Shown here: positions 1 to 9,754 of the stretch, in pieces
How positions within the stretch are numbered: position 1 is the stretch's first letter
Layout: each line of letters begins with the position of its first letter
From: an uncultured bacterium
GTDB lineage: Bacteria > Zixibacteria > MSB-5A5 > JAABVY01 > JAHJOQ01
Reading direction: 5' to 3'
DNA length: 64,000 nucleotides
NCBI GenBank assembly: GCA_965369655.1
Contig: CBDUQR010000005.1
Coordinates: 1 to 64,000, forward strand
The notes under the pieces: generated by a model
The model's input: only the letters and a program-made list of their open reading frames with translations
The model's database searches: none
Told to the model about the DNA's origin: nothing
Translations under genes and position numbers: made by a program

Positions 1-185
1 AGGAGGACTAATGAAAGCAAGATAATGCCCGTTAATTATGCATCACACCACTAGCAGATGAGAAGTCGAAGGGTTTTCCATGGCTTGCCGAGGCTTATTC
101 CGATTACTACCATTTACAGGATTTAGAGGAAGCCAAATACCTTCAAAGAAAAAAACATCCCGCAACAAAAGCGGCCAAAAAAGTC

Positions 186-1061
186 ATGGAAATGGCGCGA
201 AGAAGAAGGAAGGCAGAGAAACTCTACAGAGTATTAGCATACAAGCTCCAGTACTATGAAGAGCTGTTTCCATGGCTCATCGATTTCACTTCCGAAGATG
301 TTGAAGATTTAATCCAGCAGATCACGAATGATCAAAGCGATGCGGACGATTCTGAAGACAGCCAGATGGATCAGGCTCGTAAGTGGTTAACCAAGGCTGA
401 ATATGATAAGCTGCAACCTGCAGACAGGTATCAATTGGCTCTTGAGCGATATTGGTCGAAGAAGAAGAGCAGGTGGGAAGTCGGACGCGACTACGAAAGA
501 TACATAGGCTTTCTTTATGAATCATCTGGTTACAGCGTCTACTACCAAGGTATAGTAAAAGGACTCAAAGACTTGGGTCGCGACCTGATTGCTACTAAAG
601 GAGATGTCACTGAAGTAGTCCAGTGCAAGAGATGGAGAAAGGAAAGAGTGATTCGGGAGAAGCACATCTTCCAGCTATATGGTACAGCGGTTGAATACTA
701 TCTTAAGAATCGTAAACCCAAAGGAGATTCAGGTCAGTTTTCACTTTTTTCGGAGATGATATCTGATCAAATAATTGTACCACATTTTGTCACATCTACT
801 TCGCTTTCAGACGAAGCAAGGGAATTTGCCGCTGTTCTTGGTGTGAAAGTATCAGAAAGCAAGCCTTTTGAACCATATCCTTCTGTGAAATGCAATGTAT
901 CGCGGCGTAGTGGAGAGAAGATATTTCATCTACCATTTGATCAGCAATACGATCGCACACTTATTGAAGAAGAGCGCAATGAATGTTATGTGGATACAGT
1001 ACACGAAGCAGAATCGTTAGGTTTTCGTCGTGCGTACAGGTGGAGAGGTAAATCTAACTGA
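186..1061 (+). CDS. Mrr-like restriction endonuclease domain protein, probably 5'-truncated
   Basis: GRDYER...DLGRDLIA...VVQCKRW matches the Mrr-type PD-(D/Q)xK motif. The frame is open upstream to about nt 36 (..EKSKGFPWLAEAYSDYY..) without an ATG. Confidence 0.7.
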   Translation: MEMARRRRKAEKLYRVLAYKLQYYEELFPWLIDFTSEDVEDLIQQITNDQSDADDSEDSQMDQARKWLTKAEYDKLQPADRYQLALERYWSKKKSRWEVGRDYERYIGFLYESSGYSVYYQGIVKGLKDLGRDLIATKGDVTEVVQCKRWRKERVIREKHIFQLYGTAVEYYLKNRKPKGDSGQFSLFSEMISDQIIVPHFVTSTSLSDEAREFAAVLGVKVSESKPFEPYPSVKCNVSRRSGEKIFHLPFDQQYDRTLIEEERNECYVDTVHEAESLGFRRAYRWRGKSN

Positions 1062-1146
1062 AGAGTATCATTAGTTCTGCTCGTCTGCCGCAAATCGCGA
1101 TAGTTTCTTTTTTGTGACTCAATGGGTTACAGCACGGTTTTTGTCT

Positions 1147-1174
1147 TGCCAAATCACGGTTCCTACCTATATTA
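1147..1174 (+). promoter_or_regulatory. Putative sigma70 promoter of the C25 protease gene
   Basis: TTGCCA-N16-TATATT about 100 nt before the GGAG RBS and ATG. Confidence 0.45.
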
Positions 1175-1272
1175 TTAAGAGCGTAAGTAGATGATAATAT
1201 CTACTGTTTTGGTTTCGTATCGTTGTTTGGGATAAAAGTCAATCTAAGCTATACCGTTAGGAGAAGAGCGAC

Positions 1273-4200
1273 ATGCATTGGAGAGCGCTACTTGCTTTGG
1301 TTCTGCTTCTTCTTGTCGTGACCACCGCCGCCGCAGAAAGAATCGAACTCGGTACATCTGTAAAGGATGTCGGGGTCACGGTTCTTGAATCGAATGATCA
1401 GCGGACGGTTGTCAGGTTCGAGATAGGCGCATTTGAGAGAAATGCAATCGATATCAACGGGGAGACATATTTCAAGCTTCGCTGCGGGATGGAGAGCAAT
1501 CTCCTGAACGCTGCCGAACCGGAACTCCCGACAGTCTCTCGCGCGATTATTATTCCGGATGACGCCAGGATGGAAATCAACGTGTTGTCATCGGAGTATG
1601 TGGAGTTTGATAACACTCCGATCGTCCCGTCCAAAGGCAATTTGCTCCGCACGGTGAATCCGGATGACGTGCCATTCGAGTTTGGTGATGTCTACAGGTC
1701 AGCAGACTGGTATCCATCAGGACTCGCGTCGATACGTGAGCCGCATATCCAGAGGGATTATCGCGGTACCGTTATCGATCTGAATCCGTTCGCGTATAAT
1801 GCCGCAACCCGCACACTTCGTGTATACAATTCTGTGACAGTCGAGATAATCACTGTCGGTCCCGGCGAAGTTAATGTCCTTGATCGGAAATCATCTGACA
1901 TCAGACTGGTCGGCGATTTCGATCGGATATACAAGAACCGCTATATTAACTATGGCGGAGTGGACAAGCGGTATGCACCCGTGAACGAGATTGGCGATAT
2001 TCTCGTGATTACCTATGATGCATTCGCGGCTGATATGCAGCCGTATGTCGACTGGAAGCTGCAGAAGGGTATCAAGACCACGATGGTCAATGTTTCGACG
2101 ATCGGCAACACAGCAACGAATATCGCGGGCTTTATTCAGGATTTCTATGATACAACACAGCTCGCTTTTGTTCTGCTTGTCGGCGATGCCAACCAGGTTG
2201 AGACGCCTTATGCATCCGGTGGTTCATCCGACCCGACATACTCGAAAGTGGCCGGTGGCGACGATTATCCGGACATTTTCATTGGGCGATTTTCCGCCGA
2301 AAACACAACTCATGTGCAGACTCAGGTTGCCAGAACGCTGACGTATGAGAAGACTCCGGTAACCGGTGACTGGTTCCACAAAGGTACCGGTGTTGCATCG
2401 AGTGAGGGTGCAGGTCAGGGCCATAACGGCGGCGAAGCTGATTACGTGCATATGGGCTACATAAGAGATTCACTGCTCAGCTATACTTACACACTGGTCG
2501 ACGAGTTCTATGCTCCGGGCGCCACTGCCACGATGGTGACGAATGCTCTGAACGACGGTCGCAGTATCGCCAACTACTGCGGTCATGGCAGCACGACATC
2601 ATGGTCAACAACTGGCTTCAGCAATTCGCACGTCAATTCATTAGTAAACGACAACATGTTACCGTTCATTATCAGTGTAGCATGTGTCAATGGCAAGTTC
2701 GATGGCTATACCTGTTTTGGTGAAGCCTGGTTGCGCGCAACAAACGGCTCTGCGCCAACAGGTGCGATCGGCGCTTATATGTCGTCAATCGATCAGTCCT
2801 GGGCTCCTCCGATGGATTGCCAGGACGAAGTCACTCATCTTATGATTCAGGAGCAGAAATCGACCTACGGTGGTCTCTGTTATAATGGATCATGCAAAAT
2901 GATGGACGATAATCCAGGCTCTGCCGGATATAACATGTTCAACACATGGCATATTTTCGGTGACCCGTCGCTGCAGGTGCGTTCCGACACTCCTGCTCCG
3001 ATGACCGTTGTCCATGACGGCGCCATTCTCTTCATGATGACCGAGTATTCGGTCGAGGTTGCAGGTGTCGATGGCGCGCTTTGCGCCCTGTATCATAACG
3101 GCGTACTCTACGGATCGGCATTCACCGACGGTAACGGTCTTGTTAATATCCCGATCAATCAGATGCTTCCTGTCGGCGAGACGATCACGCTGACTGTGAC
3201 GGCCTACAACAGAGAGACGGTCGAAGAAAGCGTGCTGGTTACGTCGGATCTGGCGATCATAGTATCATCGCCGTTGACTGACACCAAAGACACGTTGAAT
3301 GCATACGAGGCTCGCTGCACGATCTACTCAGAAGATGATCTGATCGCCGACTCGATCCTGCTCTACTACGAGGTCAACTCGGTAGAGTATGTAGAGGTCC
3401 TGCAGGCTACAGTGCCAGCCAATGACTACTACGCCATGATTCCGGCGCAGGTAGCCGGTACTGAGGTCAGCTACTACTTCTATGCTGCAAATGTGGCAGG
3501 CAATGCCGATACGACCGAGACTTTCACTTTCAGGGTGATCGATTACGGAGTCCTGCTCGATCCGCCATACAGCGAGAAGATGGCGCCGGTCGATGACACG
3601 TTATGGTACGACCTGACGGTCACCAACGACGGCGTTCTCGCGGACAGCTATGACTTCACGATGCTTGACGTCGAGTGGCCGACCACCATTTTGGATGCTG
3701 CCGGGATGAGCGAGATTACGTCATCAACTATGCTCTATGGCGACGAGACATTCGACTTCAAAGTTAGAGTGATAATACCGTCGAGCTGGGAAGGCGAGTC
3801 CGACGAGATAACGGTTGTTGCCACATCGGTCGGTGACAATTCCGTTGTCGCATCAGTGGTGATCAATAGTATATCTGCCGGTCAGCCGTGGCCGATACCA
3901 TTCACCGAGACCTTCCTTACGAATGAACTCGACACGTACAAATGGGAAGAGGGAGGCAATGTTGAGGTTAGCACGGACGGATTGAATGAGCCATCCCCAC
4001 CGTACAGTCTGAATCTCGATGGCAATCCGGCTGGCGGGGATCAGCTTGAGTCCGAGATGATAAATCTGAAGTATGAGTCGAACGTAATTGTCAGCTATTA
4101 CTTTCAGCGGACAGGCGGAGGCGATTCACCTGAGGCCGGAGATGATCTGAATGTCGACTATGTCGACGAGTTCGGCGTGTGGCATAATCTGGCGTCACAT

Positions 4201-6474
4201 CTCGGAGCTGATGCTGACATGACTGAATTCCAGGAATCTGTGCTGACGCTGCCGTCAGAGGCTTACCATTCAGGGTTCAGAATCAGGTTTACAAACACGG
4301 CGTCCGTCGGCGCTTTCGATGACTGGTTTATCGATGACATATACGTCGGTCATCCACCCGAATACAAAGTCCGCATCAGTCCGGGATTCCAGGAGCAATA
4401 TGGGCTGGTCTCTGACTATACAATATTCGAGATTGTCGTGCACAACGAAGGCCTTTACGCCGACGACTACACACTCGGCGACTCAATGGGATCATGGGCA
4501 GTATCGTTCTGGGATGAGACAGGAATGACCGAGATCAGCTCAACTGGGACGATCAATCCTGAAGATTCGATTACGTTGGTCGTGAAAGTATTTATTCCAA
4601 TGGCTGCTCCACTTAACAGCGCCGACACATGCTTCGTTAAAGCGTATTCGACCGGCGATCCATCGATCACTGGCGAAGCACTTATTTCTACAATCTCAGC
4701 AGGCTTGTCCGCAAGCGTACCGTGGGATGAGCCTTTTGCAAACAGTGAACTCGATATGTCACGTTGGATGAGCAACACAGGAGCTGATATCGTTACAAAT
4801 GCTATCAACCCACCCTCGTCGCCATATTCATTGCATCTTGATGGTGGTGGTGATATGCTGATCTCGCAATTGATCGATCTGTCCGGAGAGGGCGGCGCGA
4901 TTTTCACATACTACTTCGAGCGAACGGGTCCGGGTGACACGCCTGAAAGTGGCGATGATCTTGTCTTTGAATTCAAGACTTTTGGCGGATACTGGGTGGA
5001 GTTCTCTCGTCAACTCGGATCTGATCCGGACATGACCGATTTCGAGTTCGCAGAGATTCCGATGCCTGCCGAGGCGCTGCACGGCTCTTTCCAGTTCAGG
5101 ATCAGTAGCAGCGGTAACGGCGCTGGATATGACGACTGGTATCTCGATAATATCAGAATTGATTTTGCACCGTCAATTTCGGTTACTCATCCTCCGATGA
5201 CATTCACCTACCAGATCGGTGACTCGGGCTCAGTTCCGATCACCATCTCGAACGCTGGCCCGGGAACGCTCAATTACTCGGTCCAGACCATACCGGTATT
5301 CGGACGCGGTACCGTGTTTGGCGACGCGCTCGCGATCGGCAATGTCGAACCAGCGCATCCGTCTTTCCCGGAGGGTTACTTTGACAACTACACAGATGTC
5401 AAGGGATCCGACGAGAATATCCCCGGACACGATGTCAGGTTCAACATTGGCGGGCCGGATGCCTTCGGTTACATCTGGGTCGACTCGGATGAGCCGGGCG
5501 GACCGGCCTTCGACTGGATCGATATCCAGACGACCGGGACGCTGGTCTCCGAGCTTCTCGATCCCTACTCCGATGATGAGTTTGTCGGGCCGTTTTCTAT
5601 CGGATTCGACTTCAGCTTCTACGGAGTAAGCTACAACGAGTTCTATATCTCATCGAATGGGTTTATCGGATTCGGACCGACGGATTCGTACAATTCGCGG
5701 TCCAACACAGTGCTGCCGACAGAGGGCGCACCGAACAACCTGATTGCGTGGTGTTGGGATGACCTCAATCCGGTCGATGAGGACAATCCGGGTGCAGAAG
5801 TCTACTACGAATCGAACGGCAGCCGCCTCGTAATTCAGTTCATCGATTATCCGGAGTATCAGGCGGATGTTGGCGACGTAATCACTGCCGAGATTATCCT
5901 GTATGCCAATGGCAAAATCAGGATGCAGTACCACACGATCGCACCGGGATTCGACATACTGAGCGCAACAGTCGGCATCGAGGACGTCAACGGTAACGAC
6001 GGCCTGACAACCGTCTTCAACGGCGCGTATTTACACGAGACGCTGACAATCGACTTTATGGCTCCCGCGCAATGGCTGCTGATTGCTCCGACACAGGGAA
6101 CTGTTGCGCCGGGTGAATCCGACACACTGACCGCATCGGTATTCACAGAAGGGCTCGAGGAGGGTGAATACGCTTCGATGATCAATATCGCTTCGAATGA
6201 TCCGGACGAGTCTGAGAATCCGTGGTCGATACCGGTCAGTCTCACAGTAACCGTTGAGCAGCCGTTCATATGCGGCGATGCCGATGGCAGCGAGACAGTC
6301 GACATCGATGACGTTGTGTACATTATCCAGTACATATTCAGCGGCGGTCCGGCTCCCGATCCATTGGAGAAGGGCGATGTCGATTGCACCGGCGAGGTTG
6401 ATATCGATGACGTTGTCTATCTGCTTGAATTCATATTCTCCAACGGACCTGTTCCATGCGAAGCATGTCCGTAA
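1273..6474 (+). CDS. Secreted gingipain-like cysteine peptidase (C25) with propeptide, Ig-like and lectin/reelin-like repeats and a C-terminal dockerin-like domain
   Basis: Signal peptide, C25 propeptide (PIVPSKGNL), catalytic His (NYCGHGS) and Cys (SVACVNG), FGDPSL motif, and a C-terminal double Ca-loop CGDADGSETVDIDDVVY...GDVDCTGEVDIDDVVY. Confidence 0.92.
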   Translation: MHWRALLALVLLLLVVTTAAAERIELGTSVKDVGVTVLESNDQRTVVRFEIGAFERNAIDINGETYFKLRCGMESNLLNAAEPELPTVSRAIIIPDDARMEINVLSSEYVEFDNTPIVPSKGNLLRTVNPDDVPFEFGDVYRSADWYPSGLASIREPHIQRDYRGTVIDLNPFAYNAATRTLRVYNSVTVEIITVGPGEVNVLDRKSSDIRLVGDFDRIYKNRYINYGGVDKRYAPVNEIGDILVITYDAFAADMQPYVDWKLQKGIKTTMVNVSTIGNTATNIAGFIQDFYDTTQLAFVLLVGDANQVETPYASGGSSDPTYSKVAGGDDYPDIFIGRFSAENTTHVQTQVARTLTYEKTPVTGDWFHKGTGVASSEGAGQGHNGGEADYVHMGYIRDSLLSYTYTLVDEFYAPGATATMVTNALNDGRSIANYCGHGSTTSWSTTGFSNSHVNSLVNDNMLPFIISVACVNGKFDGYTCFGEAWLRATNGSAPTGAIGAYMSSIDQSWAPPMDCQDEVTHLMIQEQKSTYGGLCYNGSCKMMDDNPGSAGYNMFNTWHIFGDPSLQVRSDTPAPMTVVHDGAILFMMTEYSVEVAGVDGALCALYHNGVLYGSAFTDGNGLVNIPINQMLPVGETITLTVTAYNRETVEESVLVTSDLAIIVSSPLTDTKDTLNAYEARCTIYSEDDLIADSILLYYEVNSVEYVEVLQATVPANDYYAMIPAQVAGTEVSYYFYAANVAGNADTTETFTFRVIDYGVLLDPPYSEKMAPVDDTLWYDLTVTNDGVLADSYDFTMLDVEWPTTILDAAGMSEITSSTMLYGDETFDFKVRVIIPSSWEGESDEITVVATSVGDNSVVASVVINSISAGQPWPIPFTETFLTNELDTYKWEEGGNVEVSTDGLNEPSPPYSLNLDGNPAGGDQLESEMINLKYESNVIVSYYFQRTGGGDSPEAGDDLNVDYVDEFGVWHNLASHLGADADMTEFQESVLTLPSEAYHSGFRIRFTNTASVGAFDDWFIDDIYVGHPPEYKVRISPGFQEQYGLVSDYTIFEIVVHNEGLYADDYTLGDSMGSWAVSFWDETGMTEISSTGTINPEDSITLVVKVFIPMAAPLNSADTCFVKAYSTGDPSITGEALISTISAGLSASVPWDEPFANSELDMSRWMSNTGADIVTNAINPPSSPYSLHLDGGGDMLISQLIDLSGEGGAIFTYYFERTGPGDTPESGDDLVFEFKTFGGYWVEFSRQLGSDPDMTDFEFAEIPMPAEALHGSFQFRISSSGNGAGYDDWYLDNIRIDFAPSISVTHPPMTFTYQIGDSGSVPITISNAGPGTLNYSVQTIPVFGRGTVFGDALAIGNVEPAHPSFPEGYFDNYTDVKGSDENIPGHDVRFNIGGPDAFGYIWVDSDEPGGPAFDWIDIQTTGTLVSELLDPYSDDEFVGPFSIGFDFSFYGVSYNEFYISSNGFIGFGPTDSYNSRSNTVLPTEGAPNNLIAWCWDDLNPVDEDNPGAEVYYESNGSRLVIQFIDYPEYQADVGDVITAEIILYANGKIRMQYHTIAPGFDILSATVGIEDVNGNDGLTTVFNGAYLHETLTIDFMAPAQWLLIAPTQGTVAPGESDTLTASVFTEGLEEGEYASMINIASNDPDESENPWSIPVSLTVTVEQPFICGDADGSETVDIDDVVYIIQYIFSGGPAPDPLEKGDVDCTGEVDIDDVVYLLEFIFSNGPVPCEACP

Positions 6475-6500
6475 ACATCCGCCGGTCTCACGTGTAGATT

Positions 6501-6530
6501 CAGCCCCGCCTGATAACAGGCGGGGCTTTT
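6501..6530 (+). terminator. Rho-independent terminator
   Basis: AGCCCCGCCTG-ATAA-CAGGCGGGGCT followed by TTT. Confidence 0.85.
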
Positions 6531-6544
6531 GTATGAGGCATCGA

Positions 6545-6797
6545 GTAGGCAGAACCCCGCGAAGTCCTGAGCCCTGCGAAGGGCAGTTTCGACAGTTCGC
6601 GAAAAGCGCGAAAATGAAGAAAAACTGTCAAGTCTCTCCGCTCTCTTCGCAAACTCCGAGATTTTATTTACTCAACTGTAGACAAAAGCGGAGTGATTGA
6701 TTAACTTCTATTAAGATTAGCATCATTGAATCGATGACGATATTGAAGGGAACAAGTAACCGGGGAAGTCGAAACCGCAGGGGTTTCGACCTGCTCG
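6545..6797. repeat. Inverted pair of REP-like palindromes
   Basis: GTAGGCAGAACCCCGCG...GTTTCGAC (6545-6593) and, inverted, GTCGAAACCGCAGGGGTTTCGACCTGC (6768-6794). Confidence 0.55.
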
Positions 6798-6889
6798 ACT
6801 GACAAAATCATAATACTATCCTTTCTCTGTGTCCACTAAACCGGGGGAACTTCAACAACTAATCAGATAACCTAAGCAGGAACAGAACA

Positions 6890-7444
6890 ATGAGCGAGAC
6901 TTCCGTATCTTTAACCAATCCCACGTTTCCCCTTAGCGGAGCGAAAGCCTATTTTTAAACCACTTTGCTGGTCGGAACAGCAGTTGCTTTGCCCTCAGTC
7001 GCCCATCTGGCCGGTGCTCCGGTTCGGATATTATTGCCGATGCACTGGCCAGTGATTTTGGCTGGGCTGGTCTACGGCCTTCGCGGCGGGCTTATTGCAG
7101 GTGTGGCAAGTCCCATTCTCAGTTATCTTATCTCAGGTATGCCTTCACCCTGGATACTGCCTTCCATGACTGTCGAGCTGGCGGTGTACGGATCGCTGAC
7201 CGGATTCTTACGGCAGCAACTCAAATGGAATGGCTTTGCTTCAGTAACGATTGCACTATTGGCTGGCCGACTTGCATTTATTTCGACAGTTTTGTTCACT
7301 GGCAGCTTGGCTGACGGATTTACCGAATACATCCGGTCTGCGCTTGCTCCAGGTCTGGCAGCAGGCGGGCTGCAAATCATGCTGTTGCCCTTGATCGGTA
7401 ATTGGTGGATAAAGCAAAGAAAGTTCCCGGTAGGTAAATCATGA
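6890..7444 (+). pseudogene. ECF transporter S component with an in-frame TAA near the 5' end (or a shortened gene starting at TTG 6965)
   Basis: The LLPMHWPVILAGLVYG...SPILSYLISGMP motif is typical of ECF S components. AGGA RBS and ATG at 6890 are in frame, but TAA interrupts at 6956-6958. Confidence 0.65.
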
Positions 7445-7797
7445 AGTCAGAAAAATCTGATAAGCCTTCATGCAAATCTCTAAAGCCGCTTGTATATACG
7501 TTGCCTGATGATTCCACGCAGTACACCCCGCTTTTGCAGGAAGGTCAAAGCGTGAAAATGTCGTCGGGCTGCGTGACTTTGCAGCCCGGTGAAGAAGTCG
7601 GCTTACACGATACCGATCGGTGCGAGGAGTTGATTATTGTATTGGATGGTAATGGGGTTGTCGAAGCTGAACCTGTCGGCAGGCAGAATATATCGAAGGG
7701 ACAAATAGCTTACAATCCGCCCTGGACAAAGCACAACGTCGTTAATACGGGCAAAGAGCCTCTGCGATACATTTTTGTTGTCTCGGAGGCCGTTTGA
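7441..7797 (+). CDS. Cupin domain protein
   Basis: LQPGEEVGLH...EELIIVLDGNG...PPWTKHNVVNTGKEPLRYIFV cupin motifs. ATGA overlap with the upstream gene. Confidence 0.88.
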   Translation: MKSEKSDKPSCKSLKPLVYTLPDDSTQYTPLLQEGQSVKMSSGCVTLQPGEEVGLHDTDRCEELIIVLDGNGVVEAEPVGRQNISKGQIAYNPPWTKHNVVNTGKEPLRYIFVVSEAV

Positions 7798-7842
7798 TAG
7801 ACAGTCGCGCGAAGCGCGAAAAGAAAGAAGAAATGTCACAAT

Positions 7843-7880
7843 AAAAACGACCTCCCGGACTTAGTCTCCGGGAGGTCTTT
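7843..7880. terminator. Bidirectional terminator
   Basis: AAAAAC-GACCTCCCGGA...TCCGGGAGGTC-TTT between convergent genes. Confidence 0.75.
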
Positions 7881-7909
7881 GCTACATGTATCAGAGGAGG
7901 AAATGTGTT

Positions 7910-8887
7910 CTACTTAAGTTTCTCCTGTATCACCTTCAATTCTTCACGGAGTTCCTGAAGTTCCTCGCGCAATTCATCCATGTCTTCTTCGAACTCATCG
8001 TCGTCGAGATAGATCATCCTGAAATCATCCGAAATGCTGGGAATACTTTGAATACCGAGAATGCTCGGAATGCTCTGAATTTGCGGCCAATGACCGCTAT
8101 ATGACCGGCTTTCAGGAGTTTCATCGAGTGTCGCTGAGATCGTCATCTCGCTGCCTTTGCGAACGATCCCGACTTTAACCTCGTCGCCTTCATCGTGATC
8201 ACGGATGACATCGAACAGCTCGCTCGGCGTGTCTACTTGATCGTCGTCAACTTTGACGATAATATCGCCCGCCTTGATGCCTGCTTCCTCGGCTGGCGAG
8301 TCTTCCTCGACCTGCTTCACAAGGATACCACCGTCAACCTCGAAGTACTCAGCGAGTTGGTCGTTCAACTCTTCAGTGTAAACTCCGAGATAAGCGCCGT
8401 CCTCATGGATGAACACATTGATATCTTTATCTCCGGACCATCCATGCCACTTCATTCCGGGCAGGTTGATACGCTTCTCCACAATGAATTCGCGGGTTGA
8501 TCTCTTTCCCAATTCGATATCGTAGGACTTTTCCTTGCCGTCCCGCATGATCTTGACGGCGACTTTATCGCCCGGCTGCTTGTCGGATACTGCGTCAGCG
8601 AGTTCTTCAGGATTGTCAACGGAGTTGCCCTCGAACTTTATTATCACGTCGCCACGTCGAATTCCGGCCTCTTCTGCCGGTGAATCATCCACGACATCAT
8701 CGACCAGCACACCGTTCTCGGTCGCAAGATCAAATGCTTCAGCGAGTTCCTTGTCGATTTCCTGCATGTAAACACCAAGCCAGGCCTTGCCCTTCTTGCC
8801 GGCTTCAGCCGGACCGGAAAAAACGGCGAAAGCGAATAGCGCAGTCACAAGCGCTGTAATTGCGAATAGTCTCGATTTTTTCATCAA
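7910..8887 (-). CDS. Secreted tandem-PDZ domain protein without a protease domain
   Basis: Signal peptide, two AWLGV/AYLGV...SPAEEAGI.GD.I PDZ repeats, and a C-terminal coiled coil. Confidence 0.88.
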   Translation of the reverse strand: MMKKSRLFAITALVTALFAFAVFSGPAEAGKKGKAWLGVYMQEIDKELAEAFDLATENGVLVDDVVDDSPAEEAGIRRGDVIIKFEGNSVDNPEELADAVSDKQPGDKVAVKIMRDGKEKSYDIELGKRSTREFIVEKRINLPGMKWHGWSGDKDINVFIHEDGAYLGVYTEELNDQLAEYFEVDGGILVKQVEEDSPAEEAGIKAGDIIVKVDDDQVDTPSELFDVIRDHDEGDEVKVGIVRKGSEMTISATLDETPESRSYSGHWPQIQSIPSILGIQSIPSISDDFRMIYLDDDEFEEDMDELREELQELREELKVIQEKLK

Positions 8888-9122
8888 GAAGCCTCCATAT
8901 CTGAGCTTATCTATGGAATTGTACGGAAAGCACGGGGATCTGTTCCATCAATCTTGCTTTTGTGCATATCTGAGACGGGCATCAGACTGCAAGGAATCTG
9001 TTGACAAATCGCGGATGTATTTTGTACTAATACTGTGTGTGAATTGAGAATGAACTGATCGGATGTCCATAATGGTCACGGTCGGTTCTCCGAGGAGAAC
9101 CCGTACAGGAGGAGGAGATGTA

Positions 9123-9626
9123 ATGAAATCAATCACAGGAGTATTGCTCGGCGTGGCGCTTATCGTGCTAATGCTTGTCCCGACTGCTATCGCCGGAGAG
9201 AAGCCAGAGAAGCCCTGGTTCGATATGGAGAACTGCGCATTTTGCAGTAATCTCCTGGAGGATCCAAAACTGCTCGACAACACAGTGTGGGAACATCATG
9301 AGATCACCGATGGAATTGTGACTGTCACCACAGTTAAGCCGGAATTCCTGGCGTCGTACAGGAAAGCTGCGGCTGCGATGGACACGGTAGGGAAGAAAAT
9401 TGCAACGGGCGAGCAGTTCCCGATGTGTGGTATGTGCCAGGCGATGGGTTCCTTCTTCATGAAGGGCGCCAGGATGGAGTATGTCGAGACATCGGTCGGC
9501 GATGTGATGCTGCTGACTTCTTCTGATTCGACGGTTGTAGCCGAGATCAAAGCCTGGGCGAAACGTACAAACGATGAAATGGCGAAAATGGAAGCCGAGC
9601 ACAAGCACGAGCATGGTGAAAAGTAG
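9123..9626 (+). CDS. Secreted hypothetical protein with two CxxC motifs and a His-rich tail
   Basis: GGAGGAG RBS, ATG 9123, signal peptide, CAFC, CGMC and HKHEHG. Confidence 0.75.
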   Translation: MKSITGVLLGVALIVLMLVPTAIAGEKPEKPWFDMENCAFCSNLLEDPKLLDNTVWEHHEITDGIVTVTTVKPEFLASYRKAAAAMDTVGKKIATGEQFPMCGMCQAMGSFFMKGARMEYVETSVGDVMLLTSSDSTVVAEIKAWAKRTNDEMAKMEAEHKHEHGEK

Positions 9627-9654
9627 CACTTCACCGAATCACGGTTCTGAATTA

Positions 9655-9688
9655 GATAATCCCCCGCAGCGTTAGCGGGGGATTTATC
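9655..9688. terminator. Hairpin terminator between convergent genes
   Basis: AATCCCCCGC...GCGGGGGATT. Confidence 0.7.
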
Positions 9689-9754
9689 GCGTCCGGACTC
9701 AACGTGATCAGAGCTGAATAATCTGAAGCTCGCTGTCCCTGTTCAATTGCTGGA

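Noticed and set aside
1052..1140. Integron attC site after the nuclease gene (ATCTAAC just before the stop)
   Set aside because: No matching GTTRRRY or paired L boxes at a suitable distance, and no integrase.
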